Assembly: GCF_009914755.1 (NCBI RefSeq) | Contig: NC_060940.1 | Source of the DNA: the human T2T-CHM13v2.0 reference genome, Homo sapiens | Direction: 5' to 3' (one strand) | Length of the DNA stretch: 64,000 nt | Shown: positions 45,536-61,344 of the stretch, one piece after another | How the letters are laid out: every line of letters begins with the position of its first letter | How positions within the stretch are numbered: the first letter of the stretch is position 1 | Notes under the pieces: generated by a model | Databases searched by the model: none | The model's input: only the letters and a program-made list of their open reading frames with translations | What the model was told of the DNA's origin: nothing | Position numbers and translations under genes: made by a program

Positions 45536-45949
45536 CCCTGTACCCGCCATTCTTAAACAGTGCTTGACATATATTAGGCATGGTATAAATGCCTATTCTA
45601 TGAGTAAACTTTTCTTTAAATGGTGCTATAGTGGGCACATTTTAAAGATCAGCTCAAATTAAACAGCTATCCAAATTATGCAGTTGTTGAAGAAGTCTTC
45701 TGGGACGTGACAGTTGAAGTGACAGAACCATATTCTAAGGTATGTCTCCTTCATCTCTTGAACCGAAGAAAATCTAGGTGGCTACTCCATAGGAACTATA
45801 TCGCCCACCAAATAACAGCTAGCCAAATTACTGGAAAGTGCCAGGGAGAAACTGGCCTTAAATAACCTCTCTAAATTTGTGTTAAAAACACAATCCTTAA
45901 AGGGATGGCAAATAGCACTCAAATGGAAAGAACTGATTTATAACACATT

Positions 45950-46112
45950 TTAAATTAAACTTTTTATTTTTAGATAATTGTAGATCACATGCAATTGTAA
46001 GAAGTAATACAGAGAGATCCTGTGTGCCTTTTACTCAATTTCCTACATGGTTAACATCTTGTAAAACTATAGTACAATATTACAACAAGGATATTGACAT
46101 TGATACAATCCA
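45950..46112 (-). mobile_element. L1MC 3' end
   Basis: agataattgtagatcacatgcaattgtaagaagtaatacagagagatcc. Confidence 0.8.
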
Positions 46113-46294
46113 AGTCCCTAACACATTTTGAAAAAAGCAATGTTTTTATTCTTAACTCCTATGGCAGTTCTCCTCTTGTAAGGTCTCATTCTGAGCTCAC
46201 AAGTGACCAACGCATGAAGGCATTACCCCCTTTCGAGAGTAACTGCATGTTAAGAGAGATTATGGAGAGCAAAATACAGTTAAATATATGAAAA

Positions 46295-47035
46295 TAGGTA
46301 CAAATTCATTATTACTCAGAGAAATGCGTATCAAAACACTGAGATACAACTTTTCCTCAGTCAGAGTAACAAAAATCAGAAAAGTCAGATAACATCCAGT
46401 GCTAGTATATGTATTGTGAAACAGGCATTTCCATATTTTTGTTGGAAGCCTTAATATTTTGTTGGGAATTAATATGGCAATAGCTATTGAAATAAAAAAA
46501 TACCTTTTGATGTATCTATTTCAACTTAAGGTAATCTGTTTTACAGAAATAAAAATATCAGTACAGAGACATGAGCATATTTATTGCAATAATGTTTTGT
46601 TTGAAGTATCAAACATACACTCGCAAACACCCTGACACACCCTGAATGTCAATCAGTAGAAGAATGGTTAAATTAATGATGTAAATCCAAACTGAAATAT
46701 TATGCAGCTATTTAAAAAAGATAAGTTGATTTACTCATATATCTGCAGGAATTTCTGGTGTGATAAATGAGGGGAAGAAAATGAAACTGGAAAGTAGTAT
46801 ACATAATATAATACAAGTTTAGAAAAAAAATCTACAAATGTGTATCCATATTTGTGTATGTATAGGAGCATGAAAAAAGTTGTGGCAAGATAAACAGATA
46901 ATTAGCATTGTTTTTCTCAGAGGCTGGAGGGAAAGTTAGAAGGAGTCAGGGAAAAAATTATTTACTTCTTTAAATGCCTTTGAATTGTTTGTCTAGTTAC
47001 AAGAAGGATGCCATGTTGGTTGAGATTTAAAAGAA
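46295..47035 (+). mobile_element. L1ME-type 3' region
   Basis: actcagagaaatgcgtatcaaaac...tttattgcaataatgttt...ctgaatgtcaatcagtagaagaatggttaaat. Confidence 0.7.
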
Positions 47036-47944
47036 ACCTAATAAGTAAGAAAGGAGAGGGAGAAAAGAACAGAAGATCAAAGATGGTCTTCAAGCCCAAA
47101 ACAATGAATAGTGATGGCTGAATTTCAAGTATGACAGGCATCTCTGTACCTGGGGAGGGGACAGGAAAGGGAAGCAAGAGAGAGGAGATGCTACCCTTTA
47201 GTCTGGGTCCTGGGAACTTATCTTGGCTTCCATAAACCCTGCTGCACAGGCCAGGGGAGAACAGCAAGACGAACCACACGTCTGTAGGAATTTATGTGGA
47301 TTAAGCTGCCAACCACCACACTGAGAGGAGAGGCAAGCAGCTCATTAAACAGGCCCTGGTAATTGATTTCCACGAAGCAGTTGCCTTTCTTGCAAGCAAC
47401 AGTACGGGCATCCGGACTGCTTCTGCAAACCAGGCACTGCCATAGCAAGGAGCACTTTGATGTGTGGCTCCTCCTCACACCAGGAAGGAGGCATCAGTCA
47501 ACAGATTTCATTCCCTGCTTCCACTGAACCCACAAGAAGCCCAGACCTAGATGTGCATGCTGAGCTGCGGCCACTGCCTCAGCGCCAGATGACATTCTTA
47601 GGAATTTCGGGGCAAGACTCTCCAAGCAGTGCCTTGAATGAGAACTGAGAGAAAGAGGTAGAAATCTCCACCTGGGTGCTTTAGATGAAAAGACTCCAGG
47701 GCAGTACAGCTTCAGAATCATCAGCTGCACACGTATTAATGTGCAGAAAAGCAGAGTCTCTTCTAAAACAGCCACACCCAAGGATTTGAGAAGCAGAACG
47801 CCATATTGGAAATGCCTGCCTACACAAGCAATTAAATTGGATTTATGTCACATTGCAAGTCTGCCCCCAAGAACTGTTCTCCCAATGCAATTCTGCTAAA
47901 TCAGATGACATTCAAAGGTATTTTCTTGCCACCCATAAGGCTCC

Positions 47945-48120
47945 TGAATGAGTCATCTGTAAAAGGAGTTAGTTAACCTCTATATACCTCGGTTTCCTCA
48001 TTTATATAATGGGAATAATAATAGAATCTACTTCGTAAGATTCTTATAAGGACACAATGGATTAACAAATGAAAATTACTATATGCATCCAGCATATAGT
48101 AAGCAGTCTGTAAATTCTTG
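47945..48120 (+). mobile_element. MIR
   Basis: gttagttaacctctatatacctcggtttcctcatttatataatgggaataataatag. Confidence 0.75.
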
Positions 48121-48332
48121 TTCTTTTTTTTAAAGATGTGATTGATAATTTCTTTTACACAGCAGTTTGTTTAAAGTGAGAGAGACACACCTGCAGCCCT
48201 TGTATCTGTGGCATAACAACACTAGCAGTATTTAACACTAAACACAAGTAGTGTGTGCTATGCCATGCACTCGGCTCTGTGTTGTCCCTACCTTACCTCC
48301 TCTCTTCATCCTCACATCACCCTGTGATGTAA

Positions 48333-48606
<274 letters not shown>

Positions 48607-48793
48607 TGAGCATCAGAAAATTTAAATATCTTTCTCCTGAAGGTTTTCCAGACAATATTGGGCAAAGCTGAGATTCTCACTCAGCTCTAGCCAACTCCAG
48701 ATTCTCAGCTCTTACACATGACCCACACAGCTGGAGCAGGTGAGCAGGAAACTGCATAGAGAGTTTCTCATACCTAGCTCCTTATACCCACAA

Positions 48794-48964
48794 GGAGAGG
48801 GAGAGCATCAGGACAAATACCTAATGCATGTGGGGCTTAAAACCTAGATGACAGGTTGATAGGTGTAGCAAACCACCATGGCACATGTATGCCTATGTAA
48901 CAAACCTGCATGTTCTCCACATGTATCCCAGAACTTAAAGTAAAATAAAATAAAATAAAATAAA
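48794..48964 (+). mobile_element. L1PA (PA7/8-like) 3' end
   Basis: gcaaaccaccatggcacatgtat...aacaaacctgca...ccagaacttaaagtaaaataaaa. Confidence 0.9.
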
Positions 48965-49859
48965 TCAACACAGATTCCTCCTTCCTACCCCACACTCTTA
49001 ATAAGTCAGAACCTTGAGAGTGGGCCCAGAACTGTTTACTTTGGACAGGCTTCTCAAGTAATTCCTATGTAGTTAGCCTAGTGCTTGAATTCCAAAACAG
49101 AAATTGATTCCAAAACAGGGTTGGGTTTCTCTTTAACTCACGGGAAATCCTCTAAGGAAGGAAATCCTCTTACCTAGACTAGATCTTTTCATCTGATGTT
49201 GGCTATCCTAAGCCGAGTACAAATCTCTACAAGAAAAAAACTTTTGTGAATTCCAACCTTTACTTTTAATTAAACTTTTTTAGCCCCAAACTTTCGAGAT
49301 GCCTGGAAGACCTTTCCTATCTTTCTTTACTTCCCACTTCAGTATTCTGTTTCCGCAGAAGCCTCAGCCTGCCTCATCTATTAAATGACCCACAGTTATG
49401 AGCAATGGAAAGATAAATCTGTTTCATTCAATAGAAATATTTACTCAATGAGTCTGAGTCATCAAAGCCTCAGAAATTTTGACACATTCATTAATTTTGT
49501 TCAACTTTATTTGTTAACTGTAAAAACCAGGAACTATACAAGCTCTGAAGGCTTTGCCTTTTACATGAAGATGTATTTGTTGGAAAGGAGTGCTGAAATG
49601 AACATTTCTTTCCACGCAGGGATTCTTAATCACACCAAACAAAGTAAAAGAAGAGCTTGGATATGTATTATTCCACTGAATCTAGGTTTACTGAGCACCT
49701 GCCGTGTGAAAGGCACTCCCCAGGGTTAAGCAGGAGCCGCTGAAACAGATGTGGCTTCTGGTCTGAAGACGCTTATATCTGGGAGGGGAGATAAGCAAAT
49801 ATAACCGTAACAGGAGGTGGGATGTGGAATGTGTCATGAGACAATGAGATGAGCACTGA

Positions 49860-50290
49860 CTAGTTTTGCCCTTCTAGAACCTGTTTCTTCTTTGGGCAGC
49901 AGCACCTGAGTTTTACCTTTAGAATCATCCATTATCCACTATGACTCCACGTAACATGGAAGTCACTGACTACCACACTCCAGCTTCATGGTGGGAGCCC
50001 AATATAGGTTTGGCCAATCAGAGTACTCCATTCCTCTGGCCACAGTGATTGGTTCAGAAATAAGCATGTGACTCAACACAGTCCAGTAGGATTCTCTCCC
50101 AGGATCTTAATAGAATCATGTGAGAATAGAAACTCTTTCTCCTGAAGTTATTGAGCTGGGGAGACAGCAATGTGAAGCTGCCAGGTCAGGTCCACCCGCA
50201 GAGAAGGGCTTTCCTGAAAGTGAAGGCGACAAAAGACAGGGCCCACATGGTAGTGTTTGTCCTCCTGGACCCAAGTTTACCTGAAGAATA
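49860..50290 (+). mobile_element. Old MLT1 (K/L-like) LTR
   Basis: ggccaatcagagtactccattcctctggccacagtgattggttcag...gcatgtgactcaa. Confidence 0.65.
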
Positions 50291-50416
50291 ATAATTCTGT
50301 GTGTGAAGATCAGGGTTCAAAGTCTGCACCCAAGATGGAGGCGTCAGAAAGGGTTTCCTGAGGCAGTGGCTGTCCAGCCGGGGAAGGATGGCGTTGGAAT
50401 TGGTTCAAGGGCATAA

Positions 50417-50828
<412 letters not shown>

Positions 50829-51689
50829 AGAATTTTTTTTTAATACAATGGGAATAATATATTTTCCTTTTCCTCTATTTTTATCACACATTTGTGTGTA
50901 CAGTAGGTGCTTAAGGAGTGCTTTCTGAATTACAATATCACATTCTTGAGTAATAGGCTAAACTCAATCTCAGAAGACAGGCATCCAAGGGTCACCAAAC
51001 ATAATTTAAATGAGGACAGAATCAAAGAAAATGTCATGCTTATCTCAAATTTGATCTACGAAAGTGCAGAATTAGTTGTTTTTTATTCTAAAAATTCTTG
51101 CTTCAGGCGCCCCAAAATGATGGTGCCAACAGGCCTCTGAGATTGCATTTCCTATGAGCAGTCTTTTTTCCATAACCTCTCTTATACCTTTATTAATATC
51201 ACTGCTACTGGAAGGCATGTTCAAAGGCTCCCTCATTCCATCTGCACCCCAGAGTCACCCTGAATAGGAAAATTTTTTGTCCTGTGTGTCTACACGTATG
51301 TGTGTTTTCCAGTTTAATATACTGTTGTTCCATCCAAGCATAAACTTCCCATGAACTCACATGGAAGAGTCGAATAGAAGTTGGAGCACAATAAATGGAA
51401 ATTGGGCAGTGAGGCTGATAAAAACCAATCCTGGATTACTAAGCAATAAAACATACATGTCACTGGGGTTCATCAAAACGAGATCCTGGGCTTACCAAGC
51501 AATAAATTGCATGTGCCACATTGATCGGTCTGGGCTGCTGAGAGCCACTTTGCCAGCAAGGTTTTTCAGACCTAGACAGGGAGAGGAAATGGGATGAGGA
51601 GGAGTTTGGAGTCTTATCTAGACTATTTTTTTCCTGAAAGGAAGCAAATCTTTTTTCACCAAGGAGGATCCACTGAGTTACGTCCATGC

Positions 51690-51970
51690 TTATTTGTACC
51701 TAATATCCTCTGAGTGGGTTCCAGGATCACCTACCACCACCATCAGTGCCATCCTTCCACACAACATGTTCTGATTTTTCTTAGTTTAATATTCAAAATT
51801 GTCTGGTTTAATTATTTGTTTACTGGCTGTTCTAAGAGTGCAGGAATCTTACCTGTCTGTTTTTTCTCTATATCCCAAACACCTAGATTGAGGTATGAGA
51901 CTCAGGTCCATGACGTTGTAGGAGACCAATAAGTGTGCATTGAATGATTGAATAAACAAATGAGTGAATT
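51690..51970 (+). mobile_element. L2 3' end
   Basis: gagtgcaggaatctt...tatatccca...tgaatgattgaataaacaaatgagtgaat. Confidence 0.6.
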
Positions 51971-52469
51971 ACACGATGGAAAGACAATTGAGCTTGGAGT
52001 TAAATTTAAGCCAGGTCTCAACCATGACATTCAATCCCCATGGGACTTCAGTGAAGTAAATGCATATATCTGGAACAATTTCATTACCCATAAGATGAAA
52101 GAGTTTGATCATATTTCAGGATCAGCGTGTGTTTCATTTTGTAGCAGCTTAACTCTCCTAATGAACTCCAATCTCATGCAGAATTTGCATGTTTATGACA
52201 GATAAGTAGAAGCTGCTCTACTTGAAGTCTGGGAGTGAACAGAAAACAGACTTCCCTCACCTTGGCTCTTAACCACCTCTGATCTCTGTGATGTCCCAGA
52301 ACACAGTAAACCACCGGACAAGATGTGAGCATGTTTCTTAATGATTCAGTAATGCTCAAAGTGATGCCAAATGAATTACTCAGGGATAGAGAAGGGATGT
52401 ACAGCTCAGGCGTAAGTGACAGACACAACCAGGGTTTTTTCCCAGGCCTGCCTGACTCAAAATCCCATG

Positions 52470-53275
<806 letters not shown>

Positions 53276-53499
53276 TGACATCCATCTGCCCGTGAAAAGA
53301 ACTGGGCTCAATAACTTGAATGATGCTGAGAGATCATCTGCGAGAAAAGTTTAAGAATGCTTACTTTGCAAGGTTTTCATGAGGATTACATGAGATAATC
53401 ACTGCTTAGGCATATGTAATGTATAAAAGGTGCTCAAAGAACAATTGCTGAATAAGGAGAGATAAGTTTGATTCTGCGTTTTCCAGATTCCCTAATCCA

Positions 53500-53740
53500 C
53501 AAGTAGCTGCTGAGCATCTATGATATGGAGGCTTCTTGATCAGCCATCCACCTCATTATCTCTTTTGACTATCCAAATTGCTGTAAGAGTTAAGTCCTAT
53601 TATTGTGAAGTTCATATGGCATATGGGGAAACTGAGGCAAGAAGAATGTTAGGTAACCAGTCCAAGGTCCCAGAAGCAGAGAGGAGAAGCCAGGCTTTGA
53701 CCTCAAGAATCTGATGCCCGAGCCCCTGGGCTTAACCACG
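53500..53740 (-). mobile_element. MIR
   Basis: atggggaaactgaggc...gtccaaggtcccag. Confidence 0.65.
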
Positions 53741-54129
53741 GGCCACTCTGTTTCCCTGAGTGACTTGGCCCAGAGCCGTTGTCATGGAGTTACGGGTCCC
53801 AGAGAACGGATTCTGCAAGAGGAATAAGCGGAGTGATGAAGATCAGGTGGGCACCTGTTTCCCAGAGGAGACTTCTCTTCTGATGCCACATTAAGGGGTT
53901 GCCCTTTCTCTCTGCTGTCTCCATATGATTTCTTTTTCAATCGATTATTATTTTTGAGACAGAGAGACGCTTTACACAAGAGAAGCAAAGTGAGGAAGCC
54001 AAGGAGAGAGAGGGATTCTGCCATCTCAGTGATTCCTGTAGGTGCTTCCAGAACTCTCATCAGACCCTTGGAGCTTCCAGACCCAAACTTCGATGCCATG
54101 TGCTCTGGAGCATGCTCCTTAACCAGTCC

Positions 54130-54750
54130 CACTCCCATCTCTCCCTAACCCCTGCTCCTTCGCTCTCTCTCCTCCAACACTCTCTCTTCCTCTCTCTCTC
54201 TCTGTCCCTCTCTTTCTCTCCCTCTCTCTCTTTCCCTGTTCTCTCCCTCTCTCTCTCCCCCTCTCTCTTTTTCTCTTTCTCACCCTCTCTCTCCCCACCT
54301 CCTGCTCTCTCTCTCCACCTCCTGCTCTCTCTCTCCCCTCTCTCCCACTCTGTCTCTCCCGCCTTTCTCTTGCATGCTCTCTGTCCCCCTCCTCCTCTCT
54401 CTCTCTGTCTCCCTCCCTCCCCTGCTCTTTCTACTACTCTTTCTCTCTCTCCCTCCCTCTCCCTCCCCCCTCCCTCTCCATCCCACTCTTTCTCTCCCAC
54501 TCCTTCCCTTCCCCCTCTCTTCTTCTCCCTCACTCCCCTCTCTCTCCCCTACTCTTTCTCTTTCCCTTCCCCCCTTTCTCTCTCTCTCCCCTCTGTCTCC
54601 CTTTCTCTCTCTCCCCCTCTCCCCCTTCTCTCTCTCTCCCACTCTCTCTTCCTCCCTCTCTCCCTCTTTCTGTCCCCCATATGCTCTCTCTTTCTCTCTC
54701 CCTCTTGCTCTGTCTCTCTCTCTTTCTCACAGACACACACACGCACACAA
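54130..54750. repeat. CT-rich low-complexity (polypyrimidine/polypurine) tract ending in (CA)n
   Basis: ~600 nt almost entirely C/T on + strand. Confidence 0.95.
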
Positions 54751-54874
54751 CTAGAATAAGCCCCCCTCCTCTCTGCTCCCACATCCCCATATTTCTTCTC
54801 TCTTAGCCTCAGCACGGCATCCTCCCTATTGTTAGCTTCCTGGCCTTAGCCGCACTTGCCTAAAATCATTAATG

Positions 54875-55840
54875 CGTATTAAGTGATTAGAGTCAGGCAG
54901 AGCTGGATTAAAGACCCAGCTCTATCATTATTAGTTCTGTAACCTGAAGCAAGTAACTTATCCCTTTCCTGGTCTTCTATTTTTTTTATAGACTTAGGGG
55001 TACAGTTGCAGTTTTGTTACATGGATATATTGCCTAGTGGTGAAACCTAAGCTTTTAGTGTAACTATCACCTGAATAGTGTATATCGTACCCATTAAGTA
55101 ATTTAGCATCCCTCAACCCCTCCCACCCTCCCACCTTTTGTAGTCTCCAGTGTCTATAATTCCTTTCTGTGTGTCTGTGTGTACATATTATTTAGTTCCC
55201 GCTTACAAGAGAGAAAATGCAGCATTTGACTTTCTGTTTCTGAGCTATTTTCCTTAGATAATGGTCTATAGCTCCTTCCATTTTGCTGCAAAAGACACGA
55301 TTTCATTCTTTTGATGGCTGAGTGGTAGTCCATGTTATATGTACCACAGTTTCTTTACCGCATCATCCATTGAGGGGCACTTAGGTTGATTCCATGACTT
55401 TTCAATTGTAAACAGTGCTGTGATAAACATACGAGTACAGGCGTGTCTTTGATATAATGATTTCTTTTCCTTTGGGTAGATATCCAGTAGTGGGATTGCT
55501 GAATAAAATGGTAGTTCTATTTTTAGTTCTTTGAGTTCTATGAGAAATCTCCATACTGTTTTCCATAGAGGTTGTACTAATTTACATTCCCACAGTATGT
55601 AAACATTTTCTTTTCTATGCAGCCTCACCAATATATGTTGTTTTTTTGACTTTTTAATAGTAGCCATTCATTGTGGTTTTAATTTGTATTTATCTGGCCT
55701 CATTTTTTAAAAATCTGTAAGTAAGGATAATAATAGTAAATACTTTATAGGATGATTACAAGTATTAAAGGGTTAATCTTATAAAGGTAATAAGCATAAT
55801 GCCTGGCACACAATTAGCATTCAATAAGGATTACTTGCAT
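54875..55840 (+). mobile_element. MIR split by L1PB insertion
   Basis: agagtcaggcagagctgg...gcaagtaactta before; ctgtaagtaaggataataatagta...gcctggcacac after. Confidence 0.7.
54980..55697 (-). mobile_element. L1PB (PB4-like) 3' end
   Basis: ORF 55335-55667 encodes an L1 ORF2 C-terminus (WECKLVQPLWKTVWRFL...WNQPKCPS); L1PB 3'UTR ggggtacagttgcagttttgttacatgg. Confidence 0.9.
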
Positions 55841-56009
55841 GGTTACGAACATTTCCCAGAGTTCAGAGAGTCTGTCCAGCTTGTTCACTATTGTATTCTC
55901 AGTGCCTGGCACGATGCCTGTTCCACAGTAAGAGCTTGATTATTATTTATTGAGTGACTTAATGAGCACATGAAAATCAAAATGGAAAAGGTGAAGAAGG
56001 AAAGGAGGC

Positions 56010-56160
56010 ATAACTTGTGGTTATACCCTGAGCATGTTCGTTTGGACACATCATTTCCTATAATTCTCACAACAGCCTCATGGAAATAGATCTCATTGTT
56101 TTTCATTTTACAAAAGAGAGGGGAAATGACCTGTCCAAATCGCAGAGCTAAATAACAGGG
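56010..56160 (-). mobile_element. MIR
   Basis: taattctcacaacagcctcatgg...cattttacaaaagag. Confidence 0.55.
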
Positions 56161-56907
56161 CCTATTTTTTAAACAACCACAGAAGGGCTCCCAAAGTTAT
56201 TACTGGGAACTCCAGCCCTGGTAAAGTACTAATACTATCATTGAACCACTGGAAAATAGAACTGGGAGACAGGCCAATCCATCTGGAGGATGGAGACTGG
56301 TGACCCACCCATAGGGTGAAATTTGGTCAATGGATGAGATTATTTGGTTTGCTTAGTGTTTCCAAAAGTGTTAGGTCTACATATAAAATTTTAGAAATTT
56401 CTCATAAAATCTGGACTACAGGCTTTTTTGGAAAATCCAGAAGCTCTCCAAACTCAAGGCTTCTGTTCCTGCATGAAAGCAAAGAGCTGGAGCTGGCTGG
56501 CCCCCTTCTGCAGTGCCACAGCCCCCTTCTCCAGCCCCTCACACAGTGTTTGCTGGTGTACAAACAACCAGCCTGCTTCATTGCTCTGTTATCTCTTTGC
56601 CACCTTTTGGCATCTAACATCCCCGAGCCAGTTCAACATTTTCAATCTAAAGGTGGGACTACTGAAGCTCAGAGAAGAAAAGTGGCTTGCCTGAGGCCAC
56701 AGGCTTAGTGATAGGATCTGGAATTTTAATTCTCCTTCTCCAATGATCTTTACATAAATGCTTCATGAATGTGTCCAGGAAAGCTTCTGGATTCAATATG
56801 CCATGCCTGGAAATGCCCACAAATTAAAATGACTGCTACAGAGTCCATTTCCAAGAGGAATAGTCAGTGTCTATTCTTAAGGGTGCAAGGCAAAAGAAAA
56901 AAGAATC

Positions 56908-57533
<626 letters not shown>

Positions 57534-57827
57534 TCATATCTTCAAAGCCCAGCATCTTAGTTTAGTGACACAGCATTCTAGAAGCACAAATGTAGAAATG
57601 TAGAAAATCTCAAATAATGAATGAGCTTTTTGGACAAGGTTAGTCAACCCTAGAAAGTAAGATAGAGAAAAGTAGTGCAAAGCAAACAAGCTCTTTGGGC
57701 TAAATAAGGAGCGAGCGAGGGTCTCTCCTGTGGTATCAGATGTTGTCCCACTCTAGGTACCGTCTGCCAGAGTTGCACCAGAAGTGTCAGCAGGTAAGAA
57801 ATTTCATGTATTGGCAACCCCCGTAGG

Positions 57828-57860
<33 letters not shown>
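57828..57860. repeat. (TG)n microsatellite
   Basis: Directly visible. Confidence 0.95.
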
Positions 57861-57861
<1 letters not shown>

Positions 57862-58239
57862 CAGTCCTGAAGCACAGTGTGATTTCTCATGCACAATCGA
57901 TCCTTCTCCTGCTACATAAACACCCTTACATCTAATAGTGCTCCCATCTGTGAAAGGCCAGTATGCAAGAAAGTGATTTGTTTATCCTACTAAGAGTAAG
58001 CAGGAAACAATATATATTGTTGTCTTAGAGAAAAGGGAAAAACAAATCAGATTTGTGCATTGAAAGTCAGTGATTACACTGGCGATGACCATAGTACAAT
58101 AAGTATAAACTTGATTATTTCTAGAGGCTCATTTTCTTGGTGTTGTTTGTACTTAAACTGATATTGTGAGTGGAGAGAGGGAGCCCTCCCTCCGTGATAT
58201 TTATGCTTTCAAGCCTATTTGCTCAGGATGTATCCGTGC

Positions 58240-59070
<831 letters not shown>

Positions 59071-59207
59071 AAAAATCTTAGAATCTCATATTGGCTTGCT
59101 ATTTTATTGATGAAAGATTCTAATGATGGGCCACTTTGAAGTGCCTCTTCTAAAAATCACATGCCCCCACCTCTCTTTTAAAAGCTGGCCTGGACCTTCC
59201 AGAGAAG

Positions 59208-60152
59208 TTGGGTTGGTGCAAAAGTAATTGCGGTTTTTGTATTGTTTAAATTTGACATTCGATATTGGAATACATTCTTAATAAATGTGGTGATGTTATG
59301 CATCATTAAATGCACATGTCTCCCTCTATGTTTTTTGCTAATGACTTATTACTTGCTGTTTACTTTATGTTTATTTTAGACTATGGAAGTGATATTAGAC
59401 AAAAAACAAATTTGACCAATTTTCTTATTCGAGTTCAAAACAGGTCATAAAGCAACAGAGACAATTTGCAACATCAACAATACATTAGGGCCAGGAGCTG
59501 CTACCAAACGCACAGTGCAGAGATGGTTCAAGAAGTTTTGCAAAGGACACAAAAGCCTTGAAGATGAGGAGCATAGTGGCCGGCCATCAGAAGTTGACAA
59601 TGACCAATGGAGAGCAATCATCGAAACTGATCCTCTTACAACTACATAAGAAGTTGCTGAAGAACTCAACATCGACCATTCTAAGTCATTCAGCATTTGA
59701 AGCAACTTAGAAATGTGAAAAAGTTCAATAAGTGGGTGCCTCATGAGCTGAGCAAAAATAAAAACAAATCGTCATTTTGAAATGTCGTCTTCTCTTATTC
59801 TACGCAACAACGAACCATTTCTCAATCAGATTGTGACATGCAATGAAAAGTGGATGTCATATGACAACTGAAGACGACCAGCTCAATGGTTGAACTGAGA
59901 AGAAGCTCCAAAGCACTTTGCACCTTGCTGTTTGCTGGTCTGCTGCCGGTCTGATCCACTACCGCTTTCTGAATCCCGGGGAAACGATTACATCTGAGAA
60001 GTATGCTCAGCAAATCAATGAGATGCACTGAAAACTGCAAGGCCTGCAGCGGCATTGCTCAACAGATAGGGGCCAATTCTTCTCCTCAACAACACCTGAC
60101 CACACGTTGCACAACCAATGCTTCAAATGTTGAACAAATTCGGCTATGAGTT
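59208..60152 (+). mobile_element. Hsmar1 mariner transposon, 3'-truncated
   Basis: 5' TIR ttgggttggtgcaaaagtaattgcgg, Hsmar1 5'UTR, then transposase-derived sequence; no 3' TIR. Confidence 0.95.
59383..60152 (+). pseudogene. Inactivated Hsmar1 transposase
   Basis: ATG GAA GTG ATA TTA GAC AAA AAA CAA ATT TGA (stop at codon 11); downstream WFKKFCKG, SGRPSEVDNDQ, WVPHEL, FLNPGETITSEKYAQQI recognisable; ends before YSPDL. Confidence 0.9.
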
Positions 60153-60339
60153 TCCACTTGAGTGGAACAGTAGATGGGAGGAAAGGCATGAACCACACAG
60201 GATTATCTTTGTTGTTCACTTAGCTAATGCTTTTGAGTTCCTGCCATGTACCAGTCACCATGCTAAGACATAGAGATGCAGCAACAAATAAAACAGACCA
60301 AGTTCCCTTCCTCACGTATCTTAAGATCCAAGTGCAGGG

Positions 60340-60550
60340 ATGGGATCAGCAAACTAGAACACGTGCCAAAGCTGCCCCACATCTGTTTTTGTAAATAAAA
60401 TTTTATTGGGAAACAACCACACAAATTCATTTACACATCATCTATGACTGCTTTTTCTCTACAGCAGCAGAGTTGAGTCATTGTGATGACATTGTGTGGT
60501 CCACAAAGCCGAAAATATTTGCCAGTCTGGCTCTTTATGGAAAAAGTACC
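60340..60550 (+). mobile_element. MER58A hAT MITE
   Basis: ctgtttttgtaaataaaattttattgg...gcagagttgagtcattgtga...cacaaagccgaaaatattt. Confidence 0.8.
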
Positions 60551-60597
60551 TTGGTTTCATGTCTTGTGGAAAATGCACACAATAAATAATTAAATAT

Positions 60598-60905
<308 letters not shown>

Positions 60906-60929
60906 ATAATTAAATACGTTAATGACCCA

Positions 60930-61340
60930 GCTTATTCCTGTATTCCTGTGTGATATTTCTGTAAGACCACGTAATATAGAGTAATGAAGGGTAGGGCTGG
61001 TGACCTTAAGATGATCAGGTGAGTCTCTCTTAGAAAGTGATATTTTGACTGCAACAGGTAGTATAGGACAAATGCCCTAATGTAGGAAAGAGTCAGGACC
61101 CAAATGAAGCTAGAGTAGCCAGCTAGATTCATGGGGAGAGGGCACCATCTGCCATACAGGCAGGATTCCATCTATGCAGGGCTTTGCAGGGCATGGGAAA
61201 AGGGTTGGGTTTTAATTTTATTGCAACAAGAAATCCTTGAAGTCAAGAACTGAACTGACCACTGTAGCTCCAGTGCACAGAATGGATTATCTGGTGCAAA
61301 AATGCAAGTAATGCAATCAAGTGACTGCACTCAGTCCAGG
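60930..61340 (-). mobile_element. L2 relic
   Basis: cagggctttgcagggcatgggaaaagggttgggttttaattttattgcaacaagaaatcc. Confidence 0.5.
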
Positions 61341-61344
61341 TGTG

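Larger units (their letters stand above)
43760..45610 (+). mobile_element. L2 interrupted by two Alus
   Basis: ctacctccaaaatatacatcagaat...ccaagccactatctctcacctgga...tcaggtcttaggtcaatgtcatctcttcaga. Confidence 0.75.

Noticed and set aside
54060-54815. Longest ORFs in the window (up to 219 aa, SL- or ER-rich)
   Set aside because: Stop-free only because of CT/GA low complexity.
55335-55667. 110-aa ORF with protein-like sequence
   Set aside because: C-terminal remnant of L1 ORF2p in a truncated L1PB.
59445-60219. Minus-strand ORFs over the mariner; possible active transposase or SETMAR itself
   Set aside because: These are antisense frames. The sense frame stops at codon 11 and lacks the C-terminal catalytic region, and no SET-domain exons are present.
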